Notes under the pieces: model-generated
The model's input: only the letters and a program-made list of their open reading frames with translations
The model's database searches: none
What the model was told of the DNA's origin: nothing
In this document: piece after piece, positions 19,859-29,725 of the stretch
Layout of the letters: every line of letters begins with the position of its first letter
Position numbering within the stretch: position 1 is the stretch's first letter
NCBI GenBank assembly: GCA_963779755.1
Contig: CAVZZO010000003.1
Coordinates: 1,504,001-1,568,000 of the forward strand
Length of the DNA stretch: 64,000 bases
Reading direction: 5' to 3'
Source: an uncultured Gemmatimonadales bacterium
Lineage (GTDB): Bacteria; Gemmatimonadota; Gemmatimonadetes; Gemmatimonadales; GWC2-71-9
Position numbers and translations under genes: made by a program

Positions 19859-22800
19859 GGGCAGTACGTCGGCTCGGTAGCTCCGCTTCGGCATGCGTCG
19901 CTCCACTGTTTGTACCAACTGTTCGCCATCATCGCCGGGGCAAGGGCCGCGTCGAAGCGTCCCCAGACCGTGAGGGCACGACGCCATGCAAGCGCCTCTT
20001 CATCGGGCCTGTTGAAGAAGTGTGTTGCTTCATGCGTCAGTCGTGTTGCGTTGTCCACCTTACTCTGGCCTTCGAGGATGTAGATGGTTTTGCCGGTATT
20101 ACATCCCGTGGCGCCCTGGTCTTTGCATATTCGATCGAGCTTCGACTGAGAGAGGGGCTTCACGTCGGCCTTATTCGTTGCGACCAGAATGATCGTTGAG
20201 CGTCCCTCCTGCCCACCCTCGGACTTCAGAAGTCGGAACGCGTCACCTACCGTGTCTTTGGGACAGTCGTCCACGTTGGTGGTGTGCTTCCCTGTGTACG
20301 GACATAGCCCAAACGGGTCACTGAAGTTGATGGGATCGCCATTGGCGAGGCCATAGAGATTAAACCCACCCGCCAGGCCGATGGGGTCTTCCTGCGTGAA
20401 CCGCCCTGTTGCCGGATCGACAGAGCGATTTCGCCTGTAGAGCGTGCCGGCCCCATCCTCCTTGCCTTGAATCAGCGTTCCAAACCATCCATTGGGAGTC
20501 GGCGAGACGATATTAGGACCTGACCACAGGGCTTCTTTGGTGAGCCCGGTGGCAAAGGCAAGGCCACGCCATTGAACCTCCACACAATGAGAGCCGTCGA
20601 CGCACGTCTCCACCCCACCGTCGCCAAAAGTGCCGAGATCCGCCTCACCACGCCAGTTCCACAGCGGGAATACCTCCACCGGCGGCCAAGAGAATTGTCC
20701 CTGGTTCGTTCGCCGCAACAGGTTGAGTCGCGTAATTCCAATAGGCTGGTCTAGCGCACCCGCGTAGGTGTAGGCAGTCTGCCCGAATAACGGCCCAGGG
20801 TCGGCCCAGAGACCGCGATAGTCTAGTCCAGCCCACGGCGCGGCGGGACCGGTATCAGTCTCCAGATAGACCCCGTTATCATCTGCGGGCCCTATCTCTT
20901 CTGAAGCGTATGGCCTCTGGATTTCCCAAAGCTCCTGATTACCGTCCCACACTGTCCTACGGATCAAGCCCATTTGACAATCCGAGAATGCGAGGCTGTC
21001 ACCCCCCAGCCAACAGCTTCGCCTGCTCATGACAAGCACACGCCGGCCCAAGGCATCATAGCGATACTCGTCAAAGACATCTTTCCACGCTGGCACCCTC
21101 ATGTCGCCTTCCGCATGGCGCCACTCGGCCACACGAAGACGATCGTCTGCGCTATACCATGACGCCCGCTCATCGAAGAGATTGGCGCTGCCCCCATAAT
21201 AGAAGACGGTGTTACCGGCCGAGTCGTAGATAGCGTCGTGGTGTCCGCCGGCGTCCCACATTGACGTCAATCTGCCAGTCCCCGCTTGATAAAAACTAGA
21301 ACTAGTCGACCCTTGGGAGAAGGTGTTCTCGTAGTTGATGTTGCCATGAACCGATGAGTACCCGGCGTAGGCATTGCCCAACGGATCGTACGTGAAGCTC
21401 TGGCTGGCTCCATCCCCGCCGATATACACGTACAACACCGAATCGCTGAGGTTCTGGGGTCTCTCATAAGTCAGTGACGTCAACTGACCTAATCCCGAGT
21501 ATGTGGCGGTCACGGTATCCTTCCAACCGTGGCTGTTCTTGGCGGAGGACACACGAGTCAGATCAGCCCATGCCAGTTGAGCCAGACGGAGGTAGCTGTC
21601 CGGATCTTTGTAGGGAGACAGGCTCCCGTTGGCGACCTGGTCAAGAGTCATGCGGCCCAACGAATCGTACACCATCGAATCCACGATCTGTCCTGGTAAG
21701 CCCTTTCGAACTAGTTGGCCACGGGTATCGTATCCGAAGGTGACCGCATTGCCGAGTAGGGCCGTAACCTGGTTCAAGTCTCCAGTCGTATCGCTATACA
21801 CGTACGATACGCTGTCGCGCATACCTGTTCCGACGGCGAGTTGCGACGGATGGTGAATCGACGCCAGCCGTCCGTTGACATCGTAGGTGTGGCGAAGAAC
21901 ATAGAGATGTCCAAATGTACCGCTACTATAATTCCGAATCCAGAGAGAATCCCTGGCCAGCTGGCCGTTAATGAAGTAGGTGCGGTGGATCCTCGCGTCT
22001 CCATTGTCCGCTTTCAAGAGCGAGCCGTCAGGTGCGTAGGCAAACACAGCGGTGTCGGCGAAGATCTTGAGCCCGCTGCCGTTGTTGGGGAACCAGGGGT
22101 ATGGGCGTCCTTGGAGGCTGTCAGGATAATTGTCGTACAGTAGATCTAGCGTATTGATGTTTCCCGGCGTCGTCCGCGCGGCGTAGGACACCTCCGGCAC
22201 AATTCGCTTCACCAGACGGTTCAGCCGGTCATAGGTCATCCGAACAATGTGGCCGGTTCGTGCCTTGGCACTGTCCACATTCCCCGAAGGACCATACCAA
22301 CTGGTGTCGCGAATCCCGTCCGGTGCGATTCTGACGATCGACCGATTTGCGGCGTCGAAGACCCATTGAGTCGTCAGAGGGCCGAGGCTATCGTGGTCCG
22401 GTGACTGGACCAGCTGGCTTTGCGTCAGGTTGCCCTCATTGTCATAGGCATTATAGGTAGTCAAGCGCAAGGCTTCCGCCCCGCCGTGTGCAGGCGCCCA
22501 CGACGAGGTTAGGATGGTTCTGTCTGCGGCGTCATACGCCACGGAGTCGGTGCGAACTTGCCCAGCTCCAATCGCCGTCTGAAGAAAGATGAGCTTCCCG
22601 TTCGCATCGCTCTGATACCACGTCGGGTAGTAGTTGCTGCTCGCCACGTAGCTCGTGTTCCCCTGACTGTCATACCCGACCGTCGTAACCGCACCGATCG
22701 GCGGGGTAATTGTGCTGAGGAGGTACGCTCCGTTCCCAGAACTATTGTAGCCGAAGGTAGTCCGATTGATCGTGCCTCGGGCATCTTGCACCCACAACCG

Positions 22801-24822
22801 GTTCCCATTCGCCGCGTCAACCCCCAATTGCGTGACCTGCCCATTCGGCTGAACGACCTGCGTCAACTGATCCCAGGTCTGGTTCCAGGTGTAACGAGTC
22901 GTCGGATTGAGGCCGTTGGCATATGGGTTGGAATCTGAGACGGTGGCGAGGTTCCCGCGCAGGTCGTAGGTGGCACCAGTGACGAAACCGCCAGGTCCCT
23001 GGACCCGTGTTGGAAGCTCGGGCCAAGTCGCATTGGTCCTGGCGATGGAGGTCAAACGTCCGTAGGGGTCGCGAATCTGACTAACCGCCCCAAGGCTGTC
23101 TGTCCAGAAATGGATAACATCCGCGCTATCGGTGCGCGGGCCATCGTAGATGGTGTAAGTGCTCTCCGGAGCGGTGAGCCCAGACCCGCATGACCAAGCT
23201 CGCACCTCGGCTGGGCAGAAGGTTTGCGCGATCGTGTGAGCCCCTGCAACGGGAAGCGAGTCTCCCACCAATCTCATCCCCACGCCAAGCTTGTACCAAT
23301 GGGTATTGCCCCGCCGGTCGGTGCGCCTGGTGATCGTGCCCGGATGTGCGACGCTGTCGTAGCCGAATTGGACGCTGGCGGCAATCCCTGGATCGGTAAT
23401 AGATGTGATCCTGGCCCCCCCTGTGACTGCCGTCCCGATAACCCTGGTTACACGGCCGAGGCCCGTGACGTCTGGGGCATCAATCGAGCTGAGGGTCCCG
23501 TTCGGCCCAGCGTACTGGAACGTGTAGGTTCGGTTAGAGGGCGAGGGTGGCAAGGTGATGCTGAGGAGCCGGCTAGCACCGTCCGGAGCAAAGACAGTGG
23601 CATACCCAAGGCGATTCACCGTTTGGATATGGAAGCCGCTGCTATTGAATACCACTTTCACGCCGGCTTTCAAGTGCCGGGTATAGGTGCCGCCGCTGTA
23701 CGAGAGGCTGTCACGTCCATCGAATGCCCGGGCGACATACCAGGTGGTCCCAGTACAGCAGTTTGTCTTTACATAACGTCGTGAACTCCCATCCCCACCG
23801 ATCCAGAGGATGGAACCGTCACTGAGAAATTGGAGTTGTTCGAACCCTGCCAGCCACCATCCTGCACCGAAGTAGCTCCCCAGGCGATTGAGGATCACAA
23901 CACTGCCCGTATCGGTCCGGATCGCGATGTAGCCCGTCCCCGTCACATACTTGTCCAGTTCCAGTTGGAAGGCATACAGCCCAGTCGACAGGTCGCTGGC
24001 GGAGAAGTTAGTCATCACGCGCCGCGTCGCTGCTTGGCTAGGGGATCCCCACTGGGTCCCGGCCCAGGCCCGCCGGTCCCGCTGGATAAAAGACCCACCA
24101 ATCTTGAGCCGTGCGATGGCGACAATGGAGTCTGGCCGGTCGTTAGCGGCCAAGGCAAGATCGGCGTTCAGGGAAGGAAACGGATAGGCACTCTGAACGT
24201 TGTAGAGGAGGGTTGGTGTCCGAACCTTGTTGAGTGTTCGGGTCGATGGCAGCGGATGCACGATCCGAAGGTCACCACATTCATAGGCCGCATCGGAACC
24301 CGCCGCAATGGTCAGGCAGAGATCGCGTTCCACCAAGGGCCCAGTCGGTGTGACGGGAGTGGGTTTGACGGTGTACCAGCCCTGATTCGAGGCATGGCCG
24401 GTGGCAGTCAGGTACACGTTGCCATCTACGGTGGCGCCCACATGGTAGGTCACAGTCACCGTAATGCTGCTACCGCCGCCACAGCCAAAGCACAACGGCG
24501 CGAGCGGACCGCCTGGATCAAGCGTGGCGGAGGTAGGGCTCACCGACACACAGCTTACGCCAAGCGTTCGGGAGCAGGAGAACGTATAGGTGTCCGTGTA
24601 GTCCCCAGTATTCACGACCGTGAACGACGCCGTATGGTTGGCGTTGGGGGATACGGTGAGCGTTCCCCCGTGCGGGGTGACGGACACCGAATAGTTCAGG
24701 CAGCCGCTGACGCACAGCGGGCTAATCGGCTGCTGAGCAAGCCCTAATGAAGGGGAGAGAACGGCTGTAACCAACACCCCCGCAACGGCCAAGAAAGAAT
24801 GGACCAGACGGCGACCAGCCAC
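19855..24822 (-). CDS. RHS-C: signal-peptide RHS toxin with HExxH (metallopeptidase-like) CT
   Basis: Signal peptide, SPLCVSGC domain, YD repeats, DPATGRFTQEDPIG...DPFGL, CT motif LTHEATH..EE. Confidence 0.92.
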   Translation of the reverse strand: MAGRRLVHSFLAVAGVLVTAVLSPSLGLAQQPISPLCVSGCLNYSVSVTPHGGTLTVSPNANHTASFTVVNTGDYTDTYTFSCSRTLGVSCVSVSPTSATLDPGGPLAPLCFGCGGGSSITVTVTYHVGATVDGNVYLTATGHASNQGWYTVKPTPVTPTGPLVERDLCLTIAAGSDAAYECGDLRIVHPLPSTRTLNKVRTPTLLYNVQSAYPFPSLNADLALAANDRPDSIVAIARLKIGGSFIQRDRRAWAGTQWGSPSQAATRRVMTNFSASDLSTGLYAFQLELDKYVTGTGYIAIRTDTGSVVILNRLGSYFGAGWWLAGFEQLQFLSDGSILWIGGDGSSRRYVKTNCCTGTTWYVARAFDGRDSLSYSGGTYTRHLKAGVKVVFNSSGFHIQTVNRLGYATVFAPDGASRLLSITLPPSPSNRTYTFQYAGPNGTLSSIDAPDVTGLGRVTRVIGTAVTGGARITSITDPGIAASVQFGYDSVAHPGTITRRTDRRGNTHWYKLGVGMRLVGDSLPVAGAHTIAQTFCPAEVRAWSCGSGLTAPESTYTIYDGPRTDSADVIHFWTDSLGAVSQIRDPYGRLTSIARTNATWPELPTRVQGPGGFVTGATYDLRGNLATVSDSNPYANGLNPTTRYTWNQTWDQLTQVVQPNGQVTQLGVDAANGNRLWVQDARGTINRTTFGYNSSGNGAYLLSTITPPIGAVTTVGYDSQGNTSYVASSNYYPTWYQSDANGKLIFLQTAIGAGQVRTDSVAYDAADRTILTSSWAPAHGGAEALRLTTYNAYDNEGNLTQSQLVQSPDHDSLGPLTTQWVFDAANRSIVRIAPDGIRDTSWYGPSGNVDSAKARTGHIVRMTYDRLNRLVKRIVPEVSYAARTTPGNINTLDLLYDNYPDSLQGRPYPWFPNNGSGLKIFADTAVFAYAPDGSLLKADNGDARIHRTYFINGQLARDSLWIRNYSSGTFGHLYVLRHTYDVNGRLASIHHPSQLAVGTGMRDSVSYVYSDTTGDLNQVTALLGNAVTFGYDTRGQLVRKGLPGQIVDSMVYDSLGRMTLDQVANGSLSPYKDPDSYLRLAQLAWADLTRVSSAKNSHGWKDTVTATYSGLGQLTSLTYERPQNLSDSVLYVYIGGDGASQSFTYDPLGNAYAGYSSVHGNINYENTFSQGSTSSSFYQAGTGRLTSMWDAGGHHDAIYDSAGNTVFYYGGSANLFDERASWYSADDRLRVAEWRHAEGDMRVPAWKDVFDEYRYDALGRRVLVMSRRSCWLGGDSLAFSDCQMGLIRRTVWDGNQELWEIQRPYASEEIGPADDNGVYLETDTGPAAPWAGLDYRGLWADPGPLFGQTAYTYAGALDQPIGITRLNLLRRTNQGQFSWPPVEVFPLWNWRGEADLGTFGDGGVETCVDGSHCVEVQWRGLAFATGLTKEALWSGPNIVSPTPNGWFGTLIQGKEDGAGTLYRRNRSVDPATGRFTQEDPIGLAGGFNLYGLANGDPINFSDPFGLCPYTGKHTTNVDDCPKDTVGDAFRLLKSEGGQEGRSTIILVATNKADVKPLSQSKLDRICKDQGATGCNTGKTIYILEGQSKVDNATRLTHEATHFFNRPDEEALAWRRALTVWGRFDAALAPAMMANSWYKQWSDACRSGATEPTYCP

Positions 24823-24855
24823 GGCAAGCTCCGGTGAGGTTTGCCTGCCCCTCTA

Positions 24856-24872
24856 AGCAGGCCGCGTGCCGT
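24856..24872 (-). promoter_or_regulatory. sigma54 -24/-12 promoter of RHS-C
   Basis: Minus strand acGGCACGCGGCCTGCt = GG-N10-GC. Confidence 0.78.
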
Positions 24873-24938
24873 TCAGGTTTCCGCAGCAATCTCGTTCTGG
24901 ATCATGGAGTTAGCGCACACGGCACCGTCCTGTCAGTA

Positions 24939-24990
24939 GAGAATTTCTCAGAATTTCTCAGAACCTCTGAGAATTTCTCAGAATTTCTCA
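24939..24990. promoter_or_regulatory. Putative enhancer (UAS) array C
   Basis: GAATTTCTCA at 24941, 24951, 24971 and 24981, with palindrome TGAGAATTTCTCA; last box contains the EBP-C stop. Confidence 0.7.
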
Positions 24991-25983
24991 TGGAACCCGA
25001 GCATCGGCGGGAGCTTTGCTCCAGGAATCTCGCCGGACATCGCGCAAACGAATGCGATGATCTGTCAAGCGACGGTACAGGGTCGCTTGGCTGATCCCCA
25101 GCGCAGCCGCGATAGACACGCGCTTGCCTCGGTGCTTACGACACACCGCCAGCAGTCGGTTTCGTTCCACGAGCGCCGTTGGAATCATCCCAGCAACCTC
25201 GTGGCCGACAGCGATTGCCTCCGCGAGATGCGGGCCATCAAGGGACCCGCTACCTCCCAGCCACCCCGCCCGCTCCGCCACATACCGCAGTTCCCGCACG
25301 TTCCCCGGCCAGGGATAGCCGGCCAGGACCGGCAGCACATCCTCGCCCAGGCTCCACCCCTGCCGTCCCGCAAAGTGCTCCGCCAGCGGCAGCAGATCCT
25401 CCGTCCGTTCCCGGAGCGGCGGCAGCCGCACCAAGGCCCCGCAGATCCGGTGATAGAGATCCGCCCGGAACCGGCCGGCTTCGATCTCGCAGGTCAGCGG
25501 CCCCTGCGCCGCCGCCACGATCCGCAGATCCACCCGCCGCTTCCCGGTCTCGCCCAGCCGCCGCACTTCCCCCTGCTCCAGCACCCGCAGCAGCTTGGCC
25601 TGCGCTTCCAGGCTCAGACTCGCTAACTCGTCCAGCAACAGGGTCCCGCCGTCGGAGGCCGCGATCAGGCCTTCGGCGTCGTCCGCTCCGGTATAGGCGC
25701 CACGCCGGCGCCCGAACAGTTCGCCCTCCACCAGCTCGCGCGGCAGCGCCGCACAATTCAGATCTACCAGCTTCCCCGGGCGCCCGCTCCAGGCATGGAT
25801 GGCCTGGGCCACGAGCTCCTTGCCGGTCCCCGTCTCCCCCACCAGCAGAATGGGCAGACCGGTGGTCGCGCAGCGCTGGGCCAGATCCAGCGCACGCACG
25901 AAGGCGGGCGCCCGGCCGATCATCTCCGGCACCCGGCGCGATGCGCCCGGGCCGCTGAACGCCGGCCGGCGGCTAGCGGTCAT
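24988..25983 (-). CDS. EBP-C: sigma54 enhancer-binding protein without a sensor domain; last gene of the T2SS operon
   Basis: GETGTGKE, GAYTGA, WPGNVREL, HTH LGISQATLYRRL; start overlaps the gspD end. Confidence 0.93.
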   Translation of the reverse strand: MTASRRPAFSGPGASRRVPEMIGRAPAFVRALDLAQRCATTGLPILLVGETGTGKELVAQAIHAWSGRPGKLVDLNCAALPRELVEGELFGRRRGAYTGADDAEGLIAASDGGTLLLDELASLSLEAQAKLLRVLEQGEVRRLGETGKRRVDLRIVAAAQGPLTCEIEAGRFRADLYHRICGALVRLPPLRERTEDLLPLAEHFAGRQGWSLGEDVLPVLAGYPWPGNVRELRYVAERAGWLGGSGSLDGPHLAEAIAVGHEVAGMIPTALVERNRLLAVCRKHRGKRVSIAAALGISQATLYRRLTDHRIRLRDVRRDSWSKAPADARVP

Positions 25984-27604
25984 CGCCCGCACCCATGTTC
26001 CCGAGGCGTGGTCGGGTGACCTGATCGGCGTCCTCGTCCGTCTTCAGGATCCGGGGCGTGATGAAGAGGTAGAGCTCGGTCTGGCTCCGGGTCCGGCTGG
26101 CACTCCCAAAGAGGCCGCCCAGGATCGGGAGGTCCGAGAGCAGGGGAATCCCCGATTGGCTCTTGTCCCGCTGCTCGTCGGTGAGGCCGCCGATCACGAT
26201 GGTCTGGCCGTCGCGCACCAGCACCTGGGTCGCGGCCTCCCGGGTGGAGATGATGGGCGCGTCGAACTGGGTCTCACTGGTGGCCGCGTTGATTTCCTGC
26301 TGAATCGTGAGGGAGACATAGCCGTCCTGATTGATGGTGGGCCGCACGGAAAGCTTGGTCCCGACGTCCTTGTACTGCACGACCTGGTCGCGCGATGGCG
26401 TATCGGTGGGCAGGGAGCGGCTCACCTGCACGAAGGGCCGCTGGCTGCCGACCAGGAAGTGCGCCTCGGTGTTGTTGGAGGCGAGGAGGACCGGCCGCGA
26501 GAGGATATGGACATCCCCATGGCTCTGGGCCAGCCGGAGGGTCGCGTCGATGTCCGCCTTGCCCAGCCCCATGAGCCGGACCACCAGATCGCCCAGCCCC
26601 CCGCCCACGGTACTCGCGTCGATACTGCCGCCATCCAGCTTCTGCCTCGGCAGACTGAGATCCGCGCCCAGGGAGAAGCTCCGGTCGTGCCGGGCCTCGA
26701 CGATGAGGACCTCGATCAGGACCTGGAGCGGGCGGATGTCGAGCTGATTGACTGCCTCCTCCAGCACCGTGTAATCCTCCTGCGAGGCCCGGATGAGCAG
26801 CGAGTTGGTCCGCTCGTCGGGCACGATAGTGACGGAACCCGAGAGGGCGGACGGGCGGGAAGGCGGGAGGGCGGGAGGTGCTGCCTGACCCGGAGTTCCC
26901 TGGGGCGGAACGACGTTCCGGCGGAGTTCGTCCGAGAGGGTCCCATTGGAGAGCCCAGTACTGCCGCTGAACTCGCCCGAGCCGCCGAAGAGCTGATTCA
27001 CCGTGGCGGCGACGTCGGCGGCGCGGGCGTGCTTGAGCCGGATGACGAAGAGCCGAATGTCCTGGGGTGCGCCCGGTGTCCCCGGCCCCGGCGTGGCCGG
27101 CGGAGCGGGCGGCTTGGGTTCGATCCGGAAATAGGCGGAGTCCTCGGTGAGCTGCAGCCCGTTGGTTTCGACCAGGCCGCGCAGCAGCGGCAACACGGCC
27201 GCTCGGGGGACCGCCCCCGGCGGCTCCAGGGTCACCCGGGTACCCGGCACGTTGGTGGTGAGGACGGTCTTGGGGAGATAGCGCCCCAGGCCCTGGATGG
27301 CCGCGCGGAGATCGGTATCCACCAAGTGGATCACCAGGCTGTCGTGGGTCTCGCGGATGGCGGCGGTGCTTGAGTCCTGGGCCAGTACCGGAGGCGCGAA
27401 GAGCACGAGCATCGCCGTCATTGCGAGCCCGCGCAGCGGGCGAAGTAATCGGGGTCGGTGCGCACCCCACCCGACTGCTTCGGTCGCTTCGCTCCCTCGC
27501 AATGAGACGCACGGGAGGACCCTCCCTCGCAATGACAGCGGGAGTGTACCGCCGTACCGCCGTACCGCCGTACCGCCCGGCGTCCTGCCGTCCTCCGTCA
27601 CCAT
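25973..27604 (-). CDS. gspD: Type II secretion secretin (short form)
   Basis: QLDIRPLQVLIEVLIVE, YKDVGTKLSVRPTIN, VRDGQTIVIGGL, SGIPLLSDLPILGGLFG, TELYLFITPRI; ATG 27604 after a GAGGGAG RBS. Confidence 0.93.
   Translation of the reverse strand: MVTEDGRTPGGTAVRRYGGTLPLSLRGRVLPCVSLRGSEATEAVGWGAHRPRLLRPLRGLAMTAMLVLFAPPVLAQDSSTAAIRETHDSLVIHLVDTDLRAAIQGLGRYLPKTVLTTNVPGTRVTLEPPGAVPRAAVLPLLRGLVETNGLQLTEDSAYFRIEPKPPAPPATPGPGTPGAPQDIRLFVIRLKHARAADVAATVNQLFGGSGEFSGSTGLSNGTLSDELRRNVVPPQGTPGQAAPPALPPSRPSALSGSVTIVPDERTNSLLIRASQEDYTVLEEAVNQLDIRPLQVLIEVLIVEARHDRSFSLGADLSLPRQKLDGGSIDASTVGGGLGDLVVRLMGLGKADIDATLRLAQSHGDVHILSRPVLLASNNTEAHFLVGSQRPFVQVSRSLPTDTPSRDQVVQYKDVGTKLSVRPTINQDGYVSLTIQQEINAATSETQFDAPIISTREAATQVLVRDGQTIVIGGLTDEQRDKSQSGIPLLSDLPILGGLFGSASRTRSQTELYLFITPRILKTDEDADQVTRPRLGNMGAGDDR
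27417..27577. repeat. 90-bp GTCATTGCGAG palindromic element plus GTACCGCC octamers within the gspD leader
   Basis: gtcattgcgag...ctcgcaatgag at 27417-27506, extra half-site to 27536, octamers 27546-27577. Confidence 0.85.
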
Positions 27605-28170
27605 GGCTCCCTCACTCTCAACACCCAGGTCGTATCCATGCCCGTGAGCACCACGCGATCCCGTTCGATCCGGCGCACCCGGATCGCGCCGATGGCCTCG
27701 CCCGGCTGGACCAGCCGCGTCTCGGCGGTGCCGGGCAGGCCCTCGATGATGGCGGCTGGCCGCGTCCCCCAGACGATGCCGCTCAGCACCAGTTGCGGCC
27801 GCGGCTCCGGCGGGGGCGCAGGATCCGCAGGCGCCGGATCGGGGTCGAAGGCCACCGCGGCCGGGACGCGGGCCGGCCGGAAGGGATCGTGCGCGATCAG
27901 GGTCGCCAGCGGCGGCGCCGAGTGGGCTTTCGCCGTCCCGGCGGTCGAGTCGGTCGTGCTCGCCCGAGGCGGCGGCAACGCGATCCGGACCGGCCGCAGT
28001 GCATACCACCCCGCGGGCAGCACCGCTAATCCCAGCAGCAGCAATCCCAAGCGCGCCAACGGGGATATCCCACCAGCGAGGCCGCGCATCGTCCTCGCCA
28101 GGCCCTCCCGCCAAAGCAGGTCTCCTCCGCGTGGCTTCGCGCCCTTCGCGTCTTCGCGGTTCCCGTTCAT
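27598..28170 (-). CDS. GspC/GspN-like T2SS accessory protein
   Basis: Single TM, HDPFRP, LVLSGIVWG..AAIIEG..VQPGEAIGAIRVRRIERDRVVL; ATGA overlap with the upstream gene. Confidence 0.7.
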   Translation of the reverse strand: MNGNREDAKGAKPRGGDLLWREGLARTMRGLAGGISPLARLGLLLLGLAVLPAGWYALRPVRIALPPPRASTTDSTAGTAKAHSAPPLATLIAHDPFRPARVPAAVAFDPDPAPADPAPPPEPRPQLVLSGIVWGTRPAAIIEGLPGTAETRLVQPGEAIGAIRVRRIERDRVVLTGMDTTWVLRVREPW

Positions 28171-28742
28171 GGATGCTCCGTCGCATCGCTGAGGAACCAT
28201 CCCCGCACCGTCAACTCCGCCTGCAGCACCTCGGGCTGGTCGGGCGGGGTGGCCGGATCGGCTCCGATCACGCGGTATTGGGCAATCCGGAGCGGCACCC
28301 GATCCTCCGCCAGCGTCTCCAGCGTCTCTACCATGCCGCGGAGATCCCCCGTGAGTCGCGCCTCCACGGTGACGCGCTGCAAGGCGCCCGCTCGCGCGCT
28401 GTCCCCTGCCGGCACGGCGGCATCCAGCCGCACGCGATGGCGCGCGGCCGCGAGGCTCAGCCGTTCGGTCAGATCGTCCACCGCCTCCGCCCGGGAGCGG
28501 CCAGCCAGGATGCGCGGGGCGAGCTGCCCCAGACTATCCCGCACGCGCGTGCCTTCCTCCAGCAGAGCCGGCCCCGCCTCGACCTGCTCCCGCAGCGCGG
28601 CGAGCTCCCGCGCCTGCGTGGCCAGCGCGGCATGGGCATCCCGAATAAAACGGACCGCCGCGGGTCCACCCCGGACGAGGAGGAGCGCGGTGAGGAAGAT
28701 GCCGCTCCCCAGCACGAGCGCCCGGCGGTCGCGCCCCGTCAT
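28167..28742 (-). CDS. gspM: GspM/PilO-like protein
   Basis: MTGRDRRALVLG TM, coiled coil, VTVEARLTGDLRGMVETLETL; operon position. Confidence 0.72.
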   Translation of the reverse strand: MTGRDRRALVLGSGIFLTALLLVRGGPAAVRFIRDAHAALATQARELAALREQVEAGPALLEEGTRVRDSLGQLAPRILAGRSRAEAVDDLTERLSLAAARHRVRLDAAVPAGDSARAGALQRVTVEARLTGDLRGMVETLETLAEDRVPLRIAQYRVIGADPATPPDQPEVLQAELTVRGWFLSDATEHP

Positions 28743-29725
28743 GGGGTAGGTACCTCGAACTCCAGCGTGAACCGCTCCCAATCCCGGCCCGCAATGGGTT
28801 CCCGCACCACCTCCCCCCGGAGCGTGGGCTGCCCCACCATGCCACTCCGCTCCAGCAGGGCCACGACCGCCGAGGCGCGGCGGGCATAACCCGCCAGCGA
28901 GCCGTGCCCCAGCGAGTCCACGGCAACGGTGGTGAGAAAGGCGGAGTCGGGCAGGGTCGCGGCGAGCCGGGCGAGGAGCTGGGCCGGGGCGCCACGAGCC
29001 GCGTCATCCGCGGCCAGGACCGCGAGCATGCCGCGGGTCTCCCCCACTTTCCGCCGCACGGCGAGGACCGCGGCGGCCGGTTCCCGGAGGCTTTGGAGTT
29101 CCACCGTTATCGCCCGCCGCTCCTGCCGGGTCTTGGCCACCCAGGCGGACGCCAGGCCCAGCCACAGGAGTACCACGGCCACGCCCAGCCGGGTGATGCC
29201 CCGGGCCGACGACCGCCGGCGCGCGCGCGCGAGCGAGGCCGGGACCAGACTGAGCGGGACGCCCGCGGCCTCGGGCAACGCGCGCACATCCACCAGCGTG
29301 AGCCCGGCCTCGCGCGAGCCCGCGGCGATGGCCTCGACCAGCGGCTCCTCCACGGCCGCGGCACGCGCGCGCACCCGGTGCGCTCCCTGCCCTTCCCTGA
29401 TCCAGGTGGCGTTGGTCACCAGCGGCACGCCGTTCTTCCGGAAGAATCGCCCGGCCTGATGCTGCACCAGGCCGCGGAGCGCGGGCGTGCGCACCGGGGG
29501 CAGGCCACCCAGCGTGCGGAGCTGCACCAGGGGCGGCGCCACCAGGGCGAGCAGCCGGCGGACGCGGGGCCGAGCCGGGGCCCCTCGCAGCAGCGTGGAG
29601 AGGGTGCGGGTGAGATCCGCCGGATCGGCGTACGTCGCCTCGGCGCGCCAAGCCGCCCCCTTCCGGCCGGCGCACTCGGCCAGGACGCGGCCGAGTTCGA
29701 TCCGCACGACGAGCGGGCGGCTCAC
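28739..29725 (-). CDS. gspL: GspL/PilN-like protein
   Basis: GTGA overlap with gspK; TM then LARLAATLPDSAFLTTV..LAGYARRASAVVALLE..ERFTL. Confidence 0.72.
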   Translation of the reverse strand: MSRPLVVRIELGRVLAECAGRKGAAWRAEATYADPADLTRTLSTLLRGAPARPRVRRLLALVAPPLVQLRTLGGLPPVRTPALRGLVQHQAGRFFRKNGVPLVTNATWIREGQGAHRVRARAAAVEEPLVEAIAAGSREAGLTLVDVRALPEAAGVPLSLVPASLARARRRSSARGITRLGVAVVLLWLGLASAWVAKTRQERRAITVELQSLREPAAAVLAVRRKVGETRGMLAVLAADDAARGAPAQLLARLAATLPDSAFLTTVAVDSLGHGSLAGYARRASAVVALLERSGMVGQPTLRGEVVREPIAGRDWERFTLEFEVPTP

